Under the pieces are notes generated by a model. It saw only the letters and a program-made list of their open reading frames with translations. It was not told the DNA's origin and ran no database searches. 64,000 nucleotides of DNA from Kiritimatiellia bacterium (GTDB taxonomy: Bacteria > Verrucomicrobiota > Kiritimatiellia > RFP12 > UBA1067): the NCBI GenBank assembly GCA_016284515.1, contig JAEEOY010000290.1:1951-65950 (forward strand). The letters are read 5' to 3'. Below, piece after piece: positions 18,306-29,100 of this stretch; position 1 is the first letter of the stretch; each line of letters starts with the position of its first letter. The translations under genes were made by a program, and so were the position numbers.

Positions 18306-21300
18306 ATGAAGCTCAAAACATTAGCCATCGCATTTCTCTCGACAGTTGTCTCGCTGTCGTCATTAGTCGCCGATACATTCTGGACTGCCGGGAGCGAGTC
18401 TGAGACGAAATACTGGGACGACGCCGCCAATTGGAACGCCGGCGGCGGAAACTACGTGGTGAACATGAGCGGGAATCCAGAGACGGAGATAAACTTTCGC
18501 ACCCATGGATTTGACTCGTTCGGAACCGGGTTCTGGGTTGAGAACAAGCTTTCCGGCGTCGTCACATTCAAGTCGGAATCCTCGGACTGCGGACTGAACA
18601 TGACGGGCAGTTTGTCCATGCACGTGGGCGGATGGGGCAATCCTGGCGCACTTGTCATAGATGGCGGAACATACCACTTTGCAAACGACCTGCTTGTCGG
18701 ATACGACAGGAATGTTGGGAGCATGACATTGAAGAACGGCCGAGTCGAAGTCGCGTACTGGTTGCCGATGGGTGCTGGTGACAACATTCCCGCCGATCAG
18801 ACATCAGAGATGATCGTTGAAGGTGGCGAACTCATCGTCGGATGGCGAGATGGCGCGTATGCCGACAATGCGAGGATCGAGATACCGCGCACGGACGGAA
18901 AGAAGGCTTCGTTTCTCCTGAAGGGAGGTCTTGTGAGCGTGCATGGTTCTGGCGGACGCTCTCTTTCGATATGCGAGGGCGCCAATACCACCGGCACGTT
19001 CACGATTTCAAACGGCACATTCGTGGCGCGCAGCGAGAATGTCGTCGTAGCAAACGGTAGCGGCTCGACGGGAACGCTGAATCTTCACGGAGGGACTTTC
19101 AAGGCCCCGGCGATCACTGCTGGGAGCGGAACAGCGGTCATCAATTTCGACGGCGGAACGTTCACGCCGACGGCGATAGGCGACGCGCTGCCGGCGAATG
19201 ACAAGCTGACGGTCAACCTTGGCGCACATGGAGGTGTCATCGACGCCAAAATGTCGGCGTCCGTCTCCTCGCCTTTTGTCGGGACCGGTACTCTTTCAAA
19301 ACGCGGTGCTGGACTTGTCACGATCAACGGCACTGTGGCAGACGGCACGGTGAGCGTCGAAGAAGGCGCGGTGGCGATTCCGGAAGGGGCAACTATAAAC
19401 ACGGTGAGGCTTGGCGCTGGCACATCGCTGTACATAAAGGGAGAAAATGCGACGTCGGGGAAGACCGTCGAAGAGCTGAAGGCGTTGGTGAATGTGGAAA
19501 ACTGGGATATTGCGGAGAGCGCATCTGTATCCGCTGTCGGCGAACGCGGCGCCGACGCGGAAACGCCCATCGACACGACATGGATACTCCCTGCCGGCGG
19601 TGCAGGGCTATATGATGATCCGTCGAACTGGTCGCGCGGCGTGCCGACTGCGATAGACAGGGCTGTCTTCGTTTCGGATGCCGAAGTCTGCACATCGGGA
19701 GACAACAACGGACGAAGCATGTCCGGACTTGAGGTGAGGAACGGAGCGACGGTGTGGTTCCACACCATTCAGCAAGGGAATTATCCGCAGTTCAACTTCT
19801 CGTCCATCACCGGAGATGGCACAGTAGGATTCAACCGCTGCGGTTTCGCACCTCTGCAGAACGGAGACGAGCTCGTCATTCCGTCTTCCGTCACCCTGGC
19901 GTTTGCCAACGATACCGCCTCAACGGCGGGCAATGATTCGTGGATCCAGGGTTCTCCTGGATCCGTGGTCGTGAACGGCGATGTGCTAGTTAAAAACTAT
20001 CTTCTGATTTGGACAGGCGTCACCTTCAACGGGACTGTTGTCATGGAGAACGGTTCACGCATCAACGGCAACGGTGCGGCTGTGGTGCTTGGGGAAAACT
20101 TCCGACTTGTCGTGCCCGAAGGGAGCACGGCTACGGTGGACGGAAGCTGGAATAATAACACGTCTGTGTTCAACAAAGTGGGAGCCGGTACTCTTGTTGC
20201 AAATCATACTGGCTACGGCAATCTCGTAATGAAAGAGGGCGTCGCAAGGCTGCAGTCGAGCGAGGGCCCATGGACGTACTTCACTTTCCAGGGCGGGACG
20301 CTGCAGTTCGCATACGCCATGAACTGGTTCGACGAACTAGTCAACCGAATCAACAGCTCAACCGTACACACTGAAGCAATCAAGCTCGACACGCAGCTCG
20401 ACGTCACGCTCAACACGGCGCTCGGCAATAACAATACGACGACCAACGGATTCGTCAAGCTTGGTCCGAACACGCTGACGCTCACAAGTCAGCCCGCTTA
20501 CACTGGCGACACCGAAGTGCGGGAGGGCGTACTGGAGATTCCTGTTGGCGCGACTCTCCCGGGCGAACTTTCCGTGGGCGAAGGCGCTAAGATCAAGCTG
20601 ACGGTCAATCCGGTCGTTTGGATGGCGGGATACACTGGTACATTGTTTGAATACGGCACGCTGGCTGAGGGGCTTGTTCTCGGCGTGGGCAACATTGAGG
20701 TTGCCGGACTCTCTGGAGAGATCGGCATTGCATTCGACTTCACAGAGTCGGGCAAGGTCAAGGCGACGGTGACCGGTGAACAGCTTGTCTGGAAGGGTGC
20801 CGATCAAACAAACTGGGTGGGCGAGTACACCTGGAAGAGCTCCGCCGACGGTTCGGACAAGCTATATGCGGCGGGATACGACGTCGTCTTCAACGCGTCA
20901 GAAATCGGCGAGGGAGTCCTCGCCACGAATACTGTTGTCGTGAACCAAGATGTCGCGCCGGGATATGTATTTGCAGCAGTTCCTGCCGGTAAGGGTTATC
21001 GGCTCGCGGGGGAGAGTGTAGAGGCGTCAGGGCTGACCAAGTCAGGCGCAGGCGTGTTCATCCTCGCAAACGAGCAGTTCCACTCAAGCGGCGCGACGAC
21101 GGTGTCCGAAGGCGAACTGGTGCTCGAAGGTTCTACATTCAGCGCGGGAGCGGACATCTCTAACTCCGGCGTTATACGCGCATCCGGAGACGCTGTGTCG
21201 ACGATTACCCGCCATGTGACGGGCGAGGGATCGGTTGCAATCGACGAGAATGCCACGCTTTGCCTAGCGGATCAGGACCTGGACCAAGACGTGACGGGAA

Positions 21301-22316
21301 CGGGCACGCTCCTCGTGACGAACGGCTGGCTGACACTCGTCCGGTTGCGGAGTCTGTCGAATTTCCGCGGGAATATTCGCCTTGCCCAAGGTGGAACTGT
21401 TTACGAGAAGACGGAGTTCAACAACGATCTCCGTAACGGCAATGTTTATCCGCTCGGGCAGAACTCCACGATAGTCTTCGCGGGCGGAACGCTCGATGGA
21501 TTCTACTTAAACAACAACACTGTCATCACCTCGCCTTTCGTGATGGAGAACGGAACGACGAGCCGTCTCAACAACACGCACCAGCGCAGCGGCGCCGGAA
21601 ATAACATGTGGGTTTATTCGACGCTCTCGGGCGGCGGCAACCTGCGGTTCCAGTCGAACGGGCGGACCACGTATCTGTACGGCGATGCATCGGCCTTCAC
21701 TGGGGAAATAGAGCTGGTGGGCGGGCTGTTCCGTTTCCAGAATGAAGTCGCGGGCGGAGCGAACTCGACATGGAAATTCGCGTCTGCGCAGACATATGAC
21801 ATCTATAACGCCTGGAACACTACGATTCATTTCGGCGCGCTGAATGCGCCGGAGTCCGGCACGCAGATATGGGTCAACAATGGCGGCGCCATTGTCGAGA
21901 TCGGCAACAAGGCCGATAGTGTAATCAACGGTTACTTCGGCGGTTCCGAGTTCACGCTCAGCAAGGTCGGCAGCACGTCGCTTGTCGTCAACGGAAACTC
22001 GCCGAGCGCAAACGTTGTCGTTAGTGCGGGTGCGTTCGGCGGAACGGGCACGTTCAAGTCTCTGAACTTCTCCATCGGGACGAAGGTAGTGTTCGGCGAT
22101 CTTTCGGACAAGAAGCTCGTGTACGACGGACCGAAGTCGCTCTCCGAGCCGGTATGGGCGAAGGAGCCGGACATTGTGCAGCCGGAAGGTATCCGCGGAC
22201 GCTGGAAGCTCGGTGTGCGGAAGGATTCGGTCCAGCCCGAGGAAGGCGATGCCTATGACGTGTGGACCCTTACGGCGACATATTCGAAGCCTGGGTTCGC
22301 GCTTTCCCTGCGTTGA
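18306..22316 (+). CDS. giant exported protein with autotransporter-associated beta-strand (PATR) repeats, paralog A
   Basis: Track ORF starts at 18228. ATG 18306 yields the signal peptide MKLKTLAIAFLSTVVSLSSLVA. PATR-type units KLGPNTLTLTSQPAYTGDTEVREGVLEI and KSGAGVFILANEQFHSSGATTVSEGELVL. Ends in ..KPGFALSLR. Confidence 0.8.
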   Translation: MKLKTLAIAFLSTVVSLSSLVADTFWTAGSESETKYWDDAANWNAGGGNYVVNMSGNPETEINFRTHGFDSFGTGFWVENKLSGVVTFKSESSDCGLNMTGSLSMHVGGWGNPGALVIDGGTYHFANDLLVGYDRNVGSMTLKNGRVEVAYWLPMGAGDNIPADQTSEMIVEGGELIVGWRDGAYADNARIEIPRTDGKKASFLLKGGLVSVHGSGGRSLSICEGANTTGTFTISNGTFVARSENVVVANGSGSTGTLNLHGGTFKAPAITAGSGTAVINFDGGTFTPTAIGDALPANDKLTVNLGAHGGVIDAKMSASVSSPFVGTGTLSKRGAGLVTINGTVADGTVSVEEGAVAIPEGATINTVRLGAGTSLYIKGENATSGKTVEELKALVNVENWDIAESASVSAVGERGADAETPIDTTWILPAGGAGLYDDPSNWSRGVPTAIDRAVFVSDAEVCTSGDNNGRSMSGLEVRNGATVWFHTIQQGNYPQFNFSSITGDGTVGFNRCGFAPLQNGDELVIPSSVTLAFANDTASTAGNDSWIQGSPGSVVVNGDVLVKNYLLIWTGVTFNGTVVMENGSRINGNGAAVVLGENFRLVVPEGSTATVDGSWNNNTSVFNKVGAGTLVANHTGYGNLVMKEGVARLQSSEGPWTYFTFQGGTLQFAYAMNWFDELVNRINSSTVHTEAIKLDTQLDVTLNTALGNNNTTTNGFVKLGPNTLTLTSQPAYTGDTEVREGVLEIPVGATLPGELSVGEGAKIKLTVNPVVWMAGYTGTLFEYGTLAEGLVLGVGNIEVAGLSGEIGIAFDFTESGKVKATVTGEQLVWKGADQTNWVGEYTWKSSADGSDKLYAAGYDVVFNASEIGEGVLATNTVVVNQDVAPGYVFAAVPAGKGYRLAGESVEASGLTKSGAGVFILANEQFHSSGATTVSEGELVLEGSTFSAGADISNSGVIRASGDAVSTITRHVTGEGSVAIDENATLCLADQDLDQDVTGTGTLLVTNGWLTLVRLRSLSNFRGNIRLAQGGTVYEKTEFNNDLRNGNVYPLGQNSTIVFAGGTLDGFYLNNNTVITSPFVMENGTTSRLNNTHQRSGAGNNMWVYSTLSGGGNLRFQSNGRTTYLYGDASAFTGEIELVGGLFRFQNEVAGGANSTWKFASAQTYDIYNAWNTTIHFGALNAPESGTQIWVNNGGAIVEIGNKADSVINGYFGGSEFTLSKVGSTSLVVNGNSPSANVVVSAGAFGGTGTFKSLNFSIGTKVVFGDLSDKKLVYDGPKSLSEPVWAKEPDIVQPEGIRGRWKLGVRKDSVQPEEGDAYDVWTLTATYSKPGFALSLR

Positions 22317-22357
22317 GTCGGAGGCATACCCTCGGCGTTAATTTGTGCTCTGACCGC

Positions 22358-22398
22358 GCCTCGCTGCGCGCCCCTCGTAGCCATTGCCAATTTTCGCC
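22358..22398 (+). repeat. conserved 3'-flank element of PATR genes, copy A
   Basis: 35/41 ungapped identity to 29451-29491 (..TGCGCGyCCCTmGTAGCCATTGCnnATTTTCGCC). Located 41 nt after the stop codon. Confidence 0.55.
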
Positions 22399-22432
22399 CC
22401 CGGCGGGTTCTCCGTCCGTTTGCGATAGGATA

Positions 22433-22441
22433 TGGTATAAT
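22433..22441 (+). promoter_or_regulatory. extended -10 promoter (TGGTATAAT)
   Basis: Exact TGnTATAAT. ATG 22448 is 6 nt downstream. ATG 22443 is 1 nt downstream. Confidence 0.45.
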
Positions 22442-22442
22442 A

Positions 22443-23045
22443 ATGGCATGGCGACTTGCGAAAAGAAGATTAAGGTGCCCACCACGGGGCTGTGTGACTT
22501 CCCAGGGCGGCTACCTCACGCTTTCCGAGATAATCGACGAGAGCATGTTCCGTCTCGGCATACCGAACAACGAAATCGCGAACTCCCTTTCCGAGGGCTA
22601 TGTCGCGGCACTGCTCGGCAGCGGCATGACGGACTGGACCGAGCAGCTCGCCGAGTCGCGCGCCGGGCTTCGTGCGAAGGGCGTTGAGACGCTTCTGAAG
22701 AAGAACCTAAAGTCTGCTTTCGCGGCGGTCCCGCACGAGTGGAAGATCGAGAGCGAGAGGGAGGCGAAGCGCTACTTCCTTTTGTTCATGAAGCTGATCG
22801 GCTCGGAGATCTCCGGCGAGCGGCAGAGCGCTCGCGGAAGGGCGGACGCGATACTTAAGGACAAGAGCGGCGTCTACGTCTTCGAGTTCAAGTACGGCAA
22901 GACGGCCCAAGAGGCGCTAGCACAGGCCCGGACGAAGGAATACGCGGGCCCCTGGCTCGACGGAGCGCCGCCTGTTTTCTACGTGGGCGTAAACTACGAC
23001 CCCGCGAAGCGCGGAATCGACGACCCGCTGGTCGAGCCGGCATAA
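22443..23045 (+). pseudogene. internally deleted AAA-ATPase / PD-(D/E)XK (PDDEXK_9-like) gene remnant
   Basis: The C-terminal 200 aa keep GYLT..LGIPNNEI and ..RADAILKDKSGVYVFEFKYGK (nuclease core). An N-terminal-like MATCEKKIKVPTTGLCDF is read from ATG 22448 in another frame. The ~300-aa ATPase domain is absent. Confidence 0.5.
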
Positions 23046-23119
23046 GGCCGCTGTATAGGTCCATCGCGGAACGGCGGAGCCCCCTGTAATTCGACTTAAC
23101 CGAAGGTGGCCAAAACTCC

Positions 23120-23164
23120 GCGCCCAAATGGGGGATGTCGGAATCGGCAGAAAATTGGTATCAT
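23120..23164 (+). promoter_or_regulatory. promoter of PATR giant gene B: conserved 19-mer GCGCCCAAATGGGGGATGT, 20 nt (21 from its ATG), then TGgTATCAT
   Basis: Identical 19-mer to 18213-18231. Extended -10 at 23156-23164. Confidence 0.55.
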
Positions 23165-23198
23165 GGATTTGTAATTAAAGCAAAGAAGGACTGAACTT

Positions 23199-26100
23199 AT
23201 GAGCATTAACGCTAAATCCGTTAAAGTTTTGGCGACGGCAGCATTCGCCATTCCTATGTTCGTATTTGCGGGGCACGACTGGGTGGGTGAAACGCTTGAC
23301 GCCACTGAAAATCTCTATTTGACCGGCACTGCTGCAAACTGGACGCCGGAATCGGTTCCGGAAAGCGATTATGTGCGTTTCATGAAGGGCAACACGACGG
23401 CAACTTTCAACAATATGATAACCCCGACAGACTATTTTTGGGTCGGGTCGACGTCAGGCACCTTCACCGATACGGAAGGCAATCCGCTTTGGTGCGTCTG
23501 GCAGTCTTTGGATGATAGCGCCGACTGCGGCATCAATGCAGACTGCAAGCTGGCGGTGTGCGATGCGGTCGACCAGCGTGGAAACCTCTGGATCAAGAGC
23601 GGGTCGTATACATTCAACAGCCTTGACTGGGGCAAGGGGCTTGGACCAGCAAAAATCAAGTTGACCGGCGGCACCCTGAAGTCAAAAGGTTTTACGAATT
23701 TCTCGGGCAAGCCGGATGCGACTTTGGAAATAGATGGCGGCACTTTCGACACTGACGCCGAGTTTGTGATAGGAACGACGGAGGGAAGTACTGGCATTGT
23801 CCATCAGACAGGCGGAACATTTACCCCGAAGAAGTTCTGGGTGGGGTCACGCTATGAGTACGGTCAAAAGGCCTTTGGCCGGTATGTCATGACAGGCGGT
23901 TCGATTACGACGGACAGCGGTGAGGATTTTGTTGTTGGCGGACAGGACTACTCTACCGGCGTTGTTGAGGTCGTCAGCGGCACAATAAACGTCGGAGGCA
24001 ATCTCTTGGTGCCATGGGGCGGGAATTCCACGGGCCGCATGACGGTCGGCGATGGCTCGGTGATTGAGTGCGGCAATTTCAGACTGAGTGACAACAATGG
24101 GGGAGATGGCGAATATACGCAGAACGGCGGGAAGATGACGGTGAGGTCTGCGGCGACGATAGCTAACACTGCTAGCCGGGCCGTGGCCACGATCAAAGGC
24201 GGAGAGCTCTTGGCGAGCGGGAATATCAATGTCGCTACGGCTGCTGGCGGCGACGGAACACTTGTATTAACGGGCGGAACATTGAGTTCTGGGGCATGGG
24301 TCTGCATCGGCGCAGGCGGAAACGGATACTATGTGCAGAAAGGCGGGACATTTAACATTACCCAGGCGTTCATCTCGGGTCAGGGCTCGAACAACTCAGC
24401 AGCATCATACAGCATCATTTCAAACGGAACGCTGAATGCAAACCAGCTTTTTATCGCAGAGAACAGCACCTCAAGCGACATGACTATCGAGGGCGGAACG
24501 GTCGCAATTTCGAGCACGGCCTACATTTCCAAGAATTCATCAGAAGGCAGAGGTGTGTTGACGATGAACGGCGGACGCCTCACAATCGGCGCCGAGACGT
24601 ATATTGCAAACGCCGATAATTCAACTGCGCTAGTCACCCTGAACGGCGGCGACCTAGAGACAACCGCGGCAAAGAAGTTCTATGTCGGCAAGGGCGTGGG
24701 TTCAAAAGGCGAAATTGTGGTGGACGGAGGACACCTTAAGGTGAACAACGAAATTCACCTTGCGCCGTCGTCGGGATCGACAGGCATTGTCCATGTGACG
24801 AGCGGAACGATCACCAATACGAGCTGGCTGGTGCTTGGCATAAACGATGCCTATCATGAATCGACGTTGCGCATTGACGGCGGCGAGGTGTACAACCAAG
24901 GCAATGTTACACTCGGATCTTCGATGGGCAACGGTTCCAAAGACAATCTTGTGGTCGCGGGGACGGGTATCCTTCGTACTACGGGAAACATCTACATCGC
25001 TGAGGGCCACACGCACGATGCCTCAAATCCTGCGGAGGCAACGGTCACTGTGGATGGCGGGCTCGTGGACAATTCCGCTGGCGAGACACAGTTTTTCATG
25101 GGCAACAGCATCGCGGGGACTACGGGGACACTCAACCTCAACGGTGGTGAGTATATAACGAAGCAGATACAGTATGTGAATGGAGCTGGCACGGCCAAGG
25201 TCAATTTCGGAGGAGGAAAGCTCAAGGCTGCTTCAGGGTCCGATTCATACATAATCTGGGCCAACGGCTCAGCCCATATGTCCGCATCACTAGTGGAGGA
25301 CACTACTTCGACGATTGACACCTCTTCGCAGAACCTGACGATTAATGTTCCGATAGACGGAGCTGGAAATCTTGTCGTCACCGGAGGTGGATCGCTCGCG
25401 CTTGGTGCCGGAATGACCTATACAGGAACCACTGCAGTTGAAGCAGGGACAACCCTTTCCCTGAGCGACGCATCGGCAACCACATCGCGACTGATACTCA
25501 GGGGCGGCAGCGTCTCGGCTCCGGCGAACTTCAGCGTCGCCGAGGTGGAACTAGCTTCTGGTGGCGAGGTCTCGCTTCCGTCTTGGTACACGACGAGCAT
25601 GAAGCTGATCATAAGCGGCAATACGACGCTTGTTGTGCCGCAGGGTACGGAGCTGGGCGATGTCGAGTTCAGGGACAACGGCAAGATCGTATACACGCTT
25701 TCGACCTACACGGCAGGCGAGACGGCTAGTGTCGCCACAATTGGAACGGTTACTTATCCTGAAAGCGAGACAATCGCCGAACATATCTACATCTCGGTAG
25801 ACGGCGTTCGCATGGCGACGGTAGCGGATACGAACGGAGCCCTTACTGCAGCGCCGCGCGAGGTAGAGTGGATCGGCAACGGCACTGTTGATTACTCCGA
25901 CGGCACGCAGTGGCAGGGTGGATCGCTTACGGGCTTTGACATTGCAGTCCTTGGCAAGGATGCAACAGTTTCAAGCGCGCACCCAGCAATGAAACTGACT
26001 GGTGGAGCGACCGTTGCAGTCGCGCAGGAAGTGACAATCGACGCACTTGCCATCGGTGCCGGCGGCGGTTCTATCAATACGGGCAGCTACGGCGTGACGA

Positions 26101-29100
26101 TTGTGAATGTAAAGAGCGTTGAAGGGACTCTTGGTTTCTCCGGTACTGGTACTGCGACGATAAGCGCGGCACCTGCTGCGTCGGTTGGGCTTGCTTTGTC
26201 CGGCACTGTGGTCGCGACAGTCCCGTATGCGACTAAGTTCAGCTCGCTGTCGTTCGCCGCAAGAAATCTTCTGTTTGTCGATGTGTCGGGATTGAGCGAG
26301 GCAACGACACTTGAGACGCCATGTCCCATCTCTTTGCCTCAGGGCTATTCCGATCCGAACTGGTTTATCGCGCCCAAAGGCAAACGTGTCGTCTTTGACT
26401 ACAATTATGACAACGGAATCAAGCTTACGTCAATGCATCCTGCAGCCGAGGGCGAGAGCGTGGTGGCCGTGTTCCTCGGCTCCGGCAGCGGCACGGGTGA
26501 GTGGCGTACGAGCGGACATTGGGTGCTGGGAACAGCGCCAACGAGTGTCGATACAGCGGTGTTGCCCTTCAGCGGAACAGTCAACATGATAAGCGGCGGC
26601 AACCAGACGGCAAGCAACGTGGTGATCAAAACGTCGCATGTAAAGTTCAACAGCACCAACGGCTGGCCGAGCTTTGGCGCCGAGGAAATCATCGGCATTG
26701 AAGGCGCGACACTTGAACTCCAGACCGTGGGTCTCAAGCCCGCCTCGGGAAAGACGATGAAGGTATATGTGGACTGCGACTGTGTGGCCACCAACCCCGA
26801 CCAGGATACCTGGTTCGACGGCAACGATGCCGACAGCCGCCTCGAAATGCACGGCAACATCTGCGCCACCAACTCCCCCTTCCGCCTGAACGGCCATACC
26901 GACATCTACGGCAAACTCATTGCAAACCGTCCCCTTGGCGACGACAACTACATCTCCGGCGGCGTCACCTTCCAGCCCGGTTCGGAACTGATAATCGGTG
27001 AAAACGGCGAAGTGAAAATCACCGGCTCGAACACGTTCCAGGGCAACGTCACCGTCAACGGCGTGCTGCAAAACCGCTCCAACGGCACAACCTTCTCCGC
27101 CGGGACGGTTCTGAGCGGCTCGGGGACGCTGGACTTCTCCCACAGCGCGAATTTCGCGGCGAATATTTCGGGCGCTTTGACTATCAACCTCACCGGCTTT
27201 GGCAAGAATGGCGAGGGCCAGACGTATTTCAGCGGCGATAATAGCGCGTTCACCGGGTATTTGAATTCGTCCAGCCCCTACCACAACCCCTACTTCGCCG
27301 CTGCCTCGGCCGGTAGCGCATCGGCGCGCTTCAACTTCGTGGGCGACGTGCGCACAAAGTTCGCCGAGGGCGTCATCAAATTCGGCGAGGCGAAATTCAC
27401 GAAAAACGACTGGTGCGTGTGCTACATAGACGACGCCACGGGCCCTGTCGTATTCGAGATCGGCGCGCTTTCCACTGGCGAGGACACGATCGGCGCGGGC
27501 TACTCCTTCGGCTCCAACAAAGACAAGCTCACCATCCGTAAGGTCGGCACGGGGCTTCTTTCCACCTGGGGCGACCAGTATCAGCACCTCGAAGTAAAGT
27601 CCGGCACCGTTGCTATGAAAGACAATCACGGGCCATCTAGCACCTTCATTTGGACTGGCGGAACGCTGCGCTTCGACGCGGCGTACAGCTGGGATCCGAC
27701 CCCGCGCTTCGACTGCGTAAATTCCACTGTCGTCGATATTGATACTGCCGGTCACGACTTCACATGGGGAACGGCCTTGACGGATAATGTCGGCATTACA
27801 AAGCGTGGCGACGGCGTTCTTACGCTTACTGGTGCGCACACATACACGGGCGATACGACTGTACTTGGCGGAACGCTCGTGCTCCCGCTGAACACGGGCG
27901 TAGGCACTCTTGCAGTCGCAGATGGCGCGACGCTTGCCGTCGACGGCAGTTCGCTTGAAGTGCTCGAAAATACGGCTTATGAAATCCTGTCGGGTTCTAC
28001 GGATTCTGCGTCGATTGCAAGGATACGGGTCACCAATTCGGACTGGGATTGGACCACATCGTCCGCCGACGGCAAGATCAGCGCCACGGCGGAGGCCTGG
28101 GGAGATGTGCCGAACGTGTGGGTCGGCGGAGAAGAAGGGTACTGGAAGGATGGCGTGAACTGGAGCCGTAACATAGCTCCACTGGCGACGCATACTGCCA
28201 AGTTCACATCGAGCGCGCTTGTATATCTCGACGGAGACAAGAGCATCGCTACGCTCGACGCGGAAACTGGCGCTCGCGTGCTTTTCAAGTCTGCAAGCGG
28301 CGACAGGACCCTCCGACCCAAGACCATGACCGGATCAGGTACCGTCGCACTGCATCACGTGGGCATAATTCCGTCTGTAGCCATGACCATCCCCGATACG
28401 CTGACTCTCGAGATCGTGAAGGTCAACGACGACAACACAATCGACAGTTGGCTTGAGGGAGATACGGCAGAAACGGCGCTTACAATCAACGCTCCGATTG
28501 TCGGCGACGGCTATATAATCTTTCGCGACCACGTTGTCCTCGCTGGCGACAACTCCGGCTTCACGGGCAAAGTGCTGAGGGACGCGAATGGCACGCTTAC
28601 GTTCAAAGCCACTAAAAGCGGTTCTGCCGCCGCCGCGTGGGAATTCCAGGGCGACATAAACACATCAGCCATAACAGAGGGAACGCTGAGCTTCGGCTCG
28701 CTTACCCTTAGCGGACAGAAGTGCTGGTATCAGAATTCCAGCAGCTCCATGACGATTGAAATCGGGGCACTCGGACAGGACATGCAGTTCGGCGGGAATT
28801 TCTTCTTCGGAGCAGAATACTACGACACTGGCACGAATCCCGAAAACGTGACGCTGAAGGTCGTCGGCGGGAAATTGACCTATGCGAGCTACGGCATGCG
28901 CAAGATAGAGGTTGTCGCCGGTGAAATGGTTCTCGCCGCGCCGACGCACGGCGATGGACACTGGACGAGCTACCGCGACAACCGCGCAGGATACCAGATA
29001 GACTCGCTGGTCGTTCGAAGCGGCGCAGCGCTCTCTGGCAGCAATGGCGACCAAAAGATACTATCGGCGACGTTCGGCAATGGGTCGATACTCAAGACGA

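Noticed and set aside
22293-22316. Interpreting the F-x-h-x-h-R tails as type IX secretion C-terminal domains
   Set aside because: The preceding ~80 residues do not resemble T9SS CTDs. The PATR and PEP-CTERM context argues against a Bacteroidota-type system.
22262-22687. 141-aa plus-strand ORF as an independent gene
   Set aside because: Only the ~18 codons after ATG 22448 look like a real protein N-terminus. The rest is an out-of-frame reading of the PDDEXK remnant, so it is treated as part of a pseudogene.
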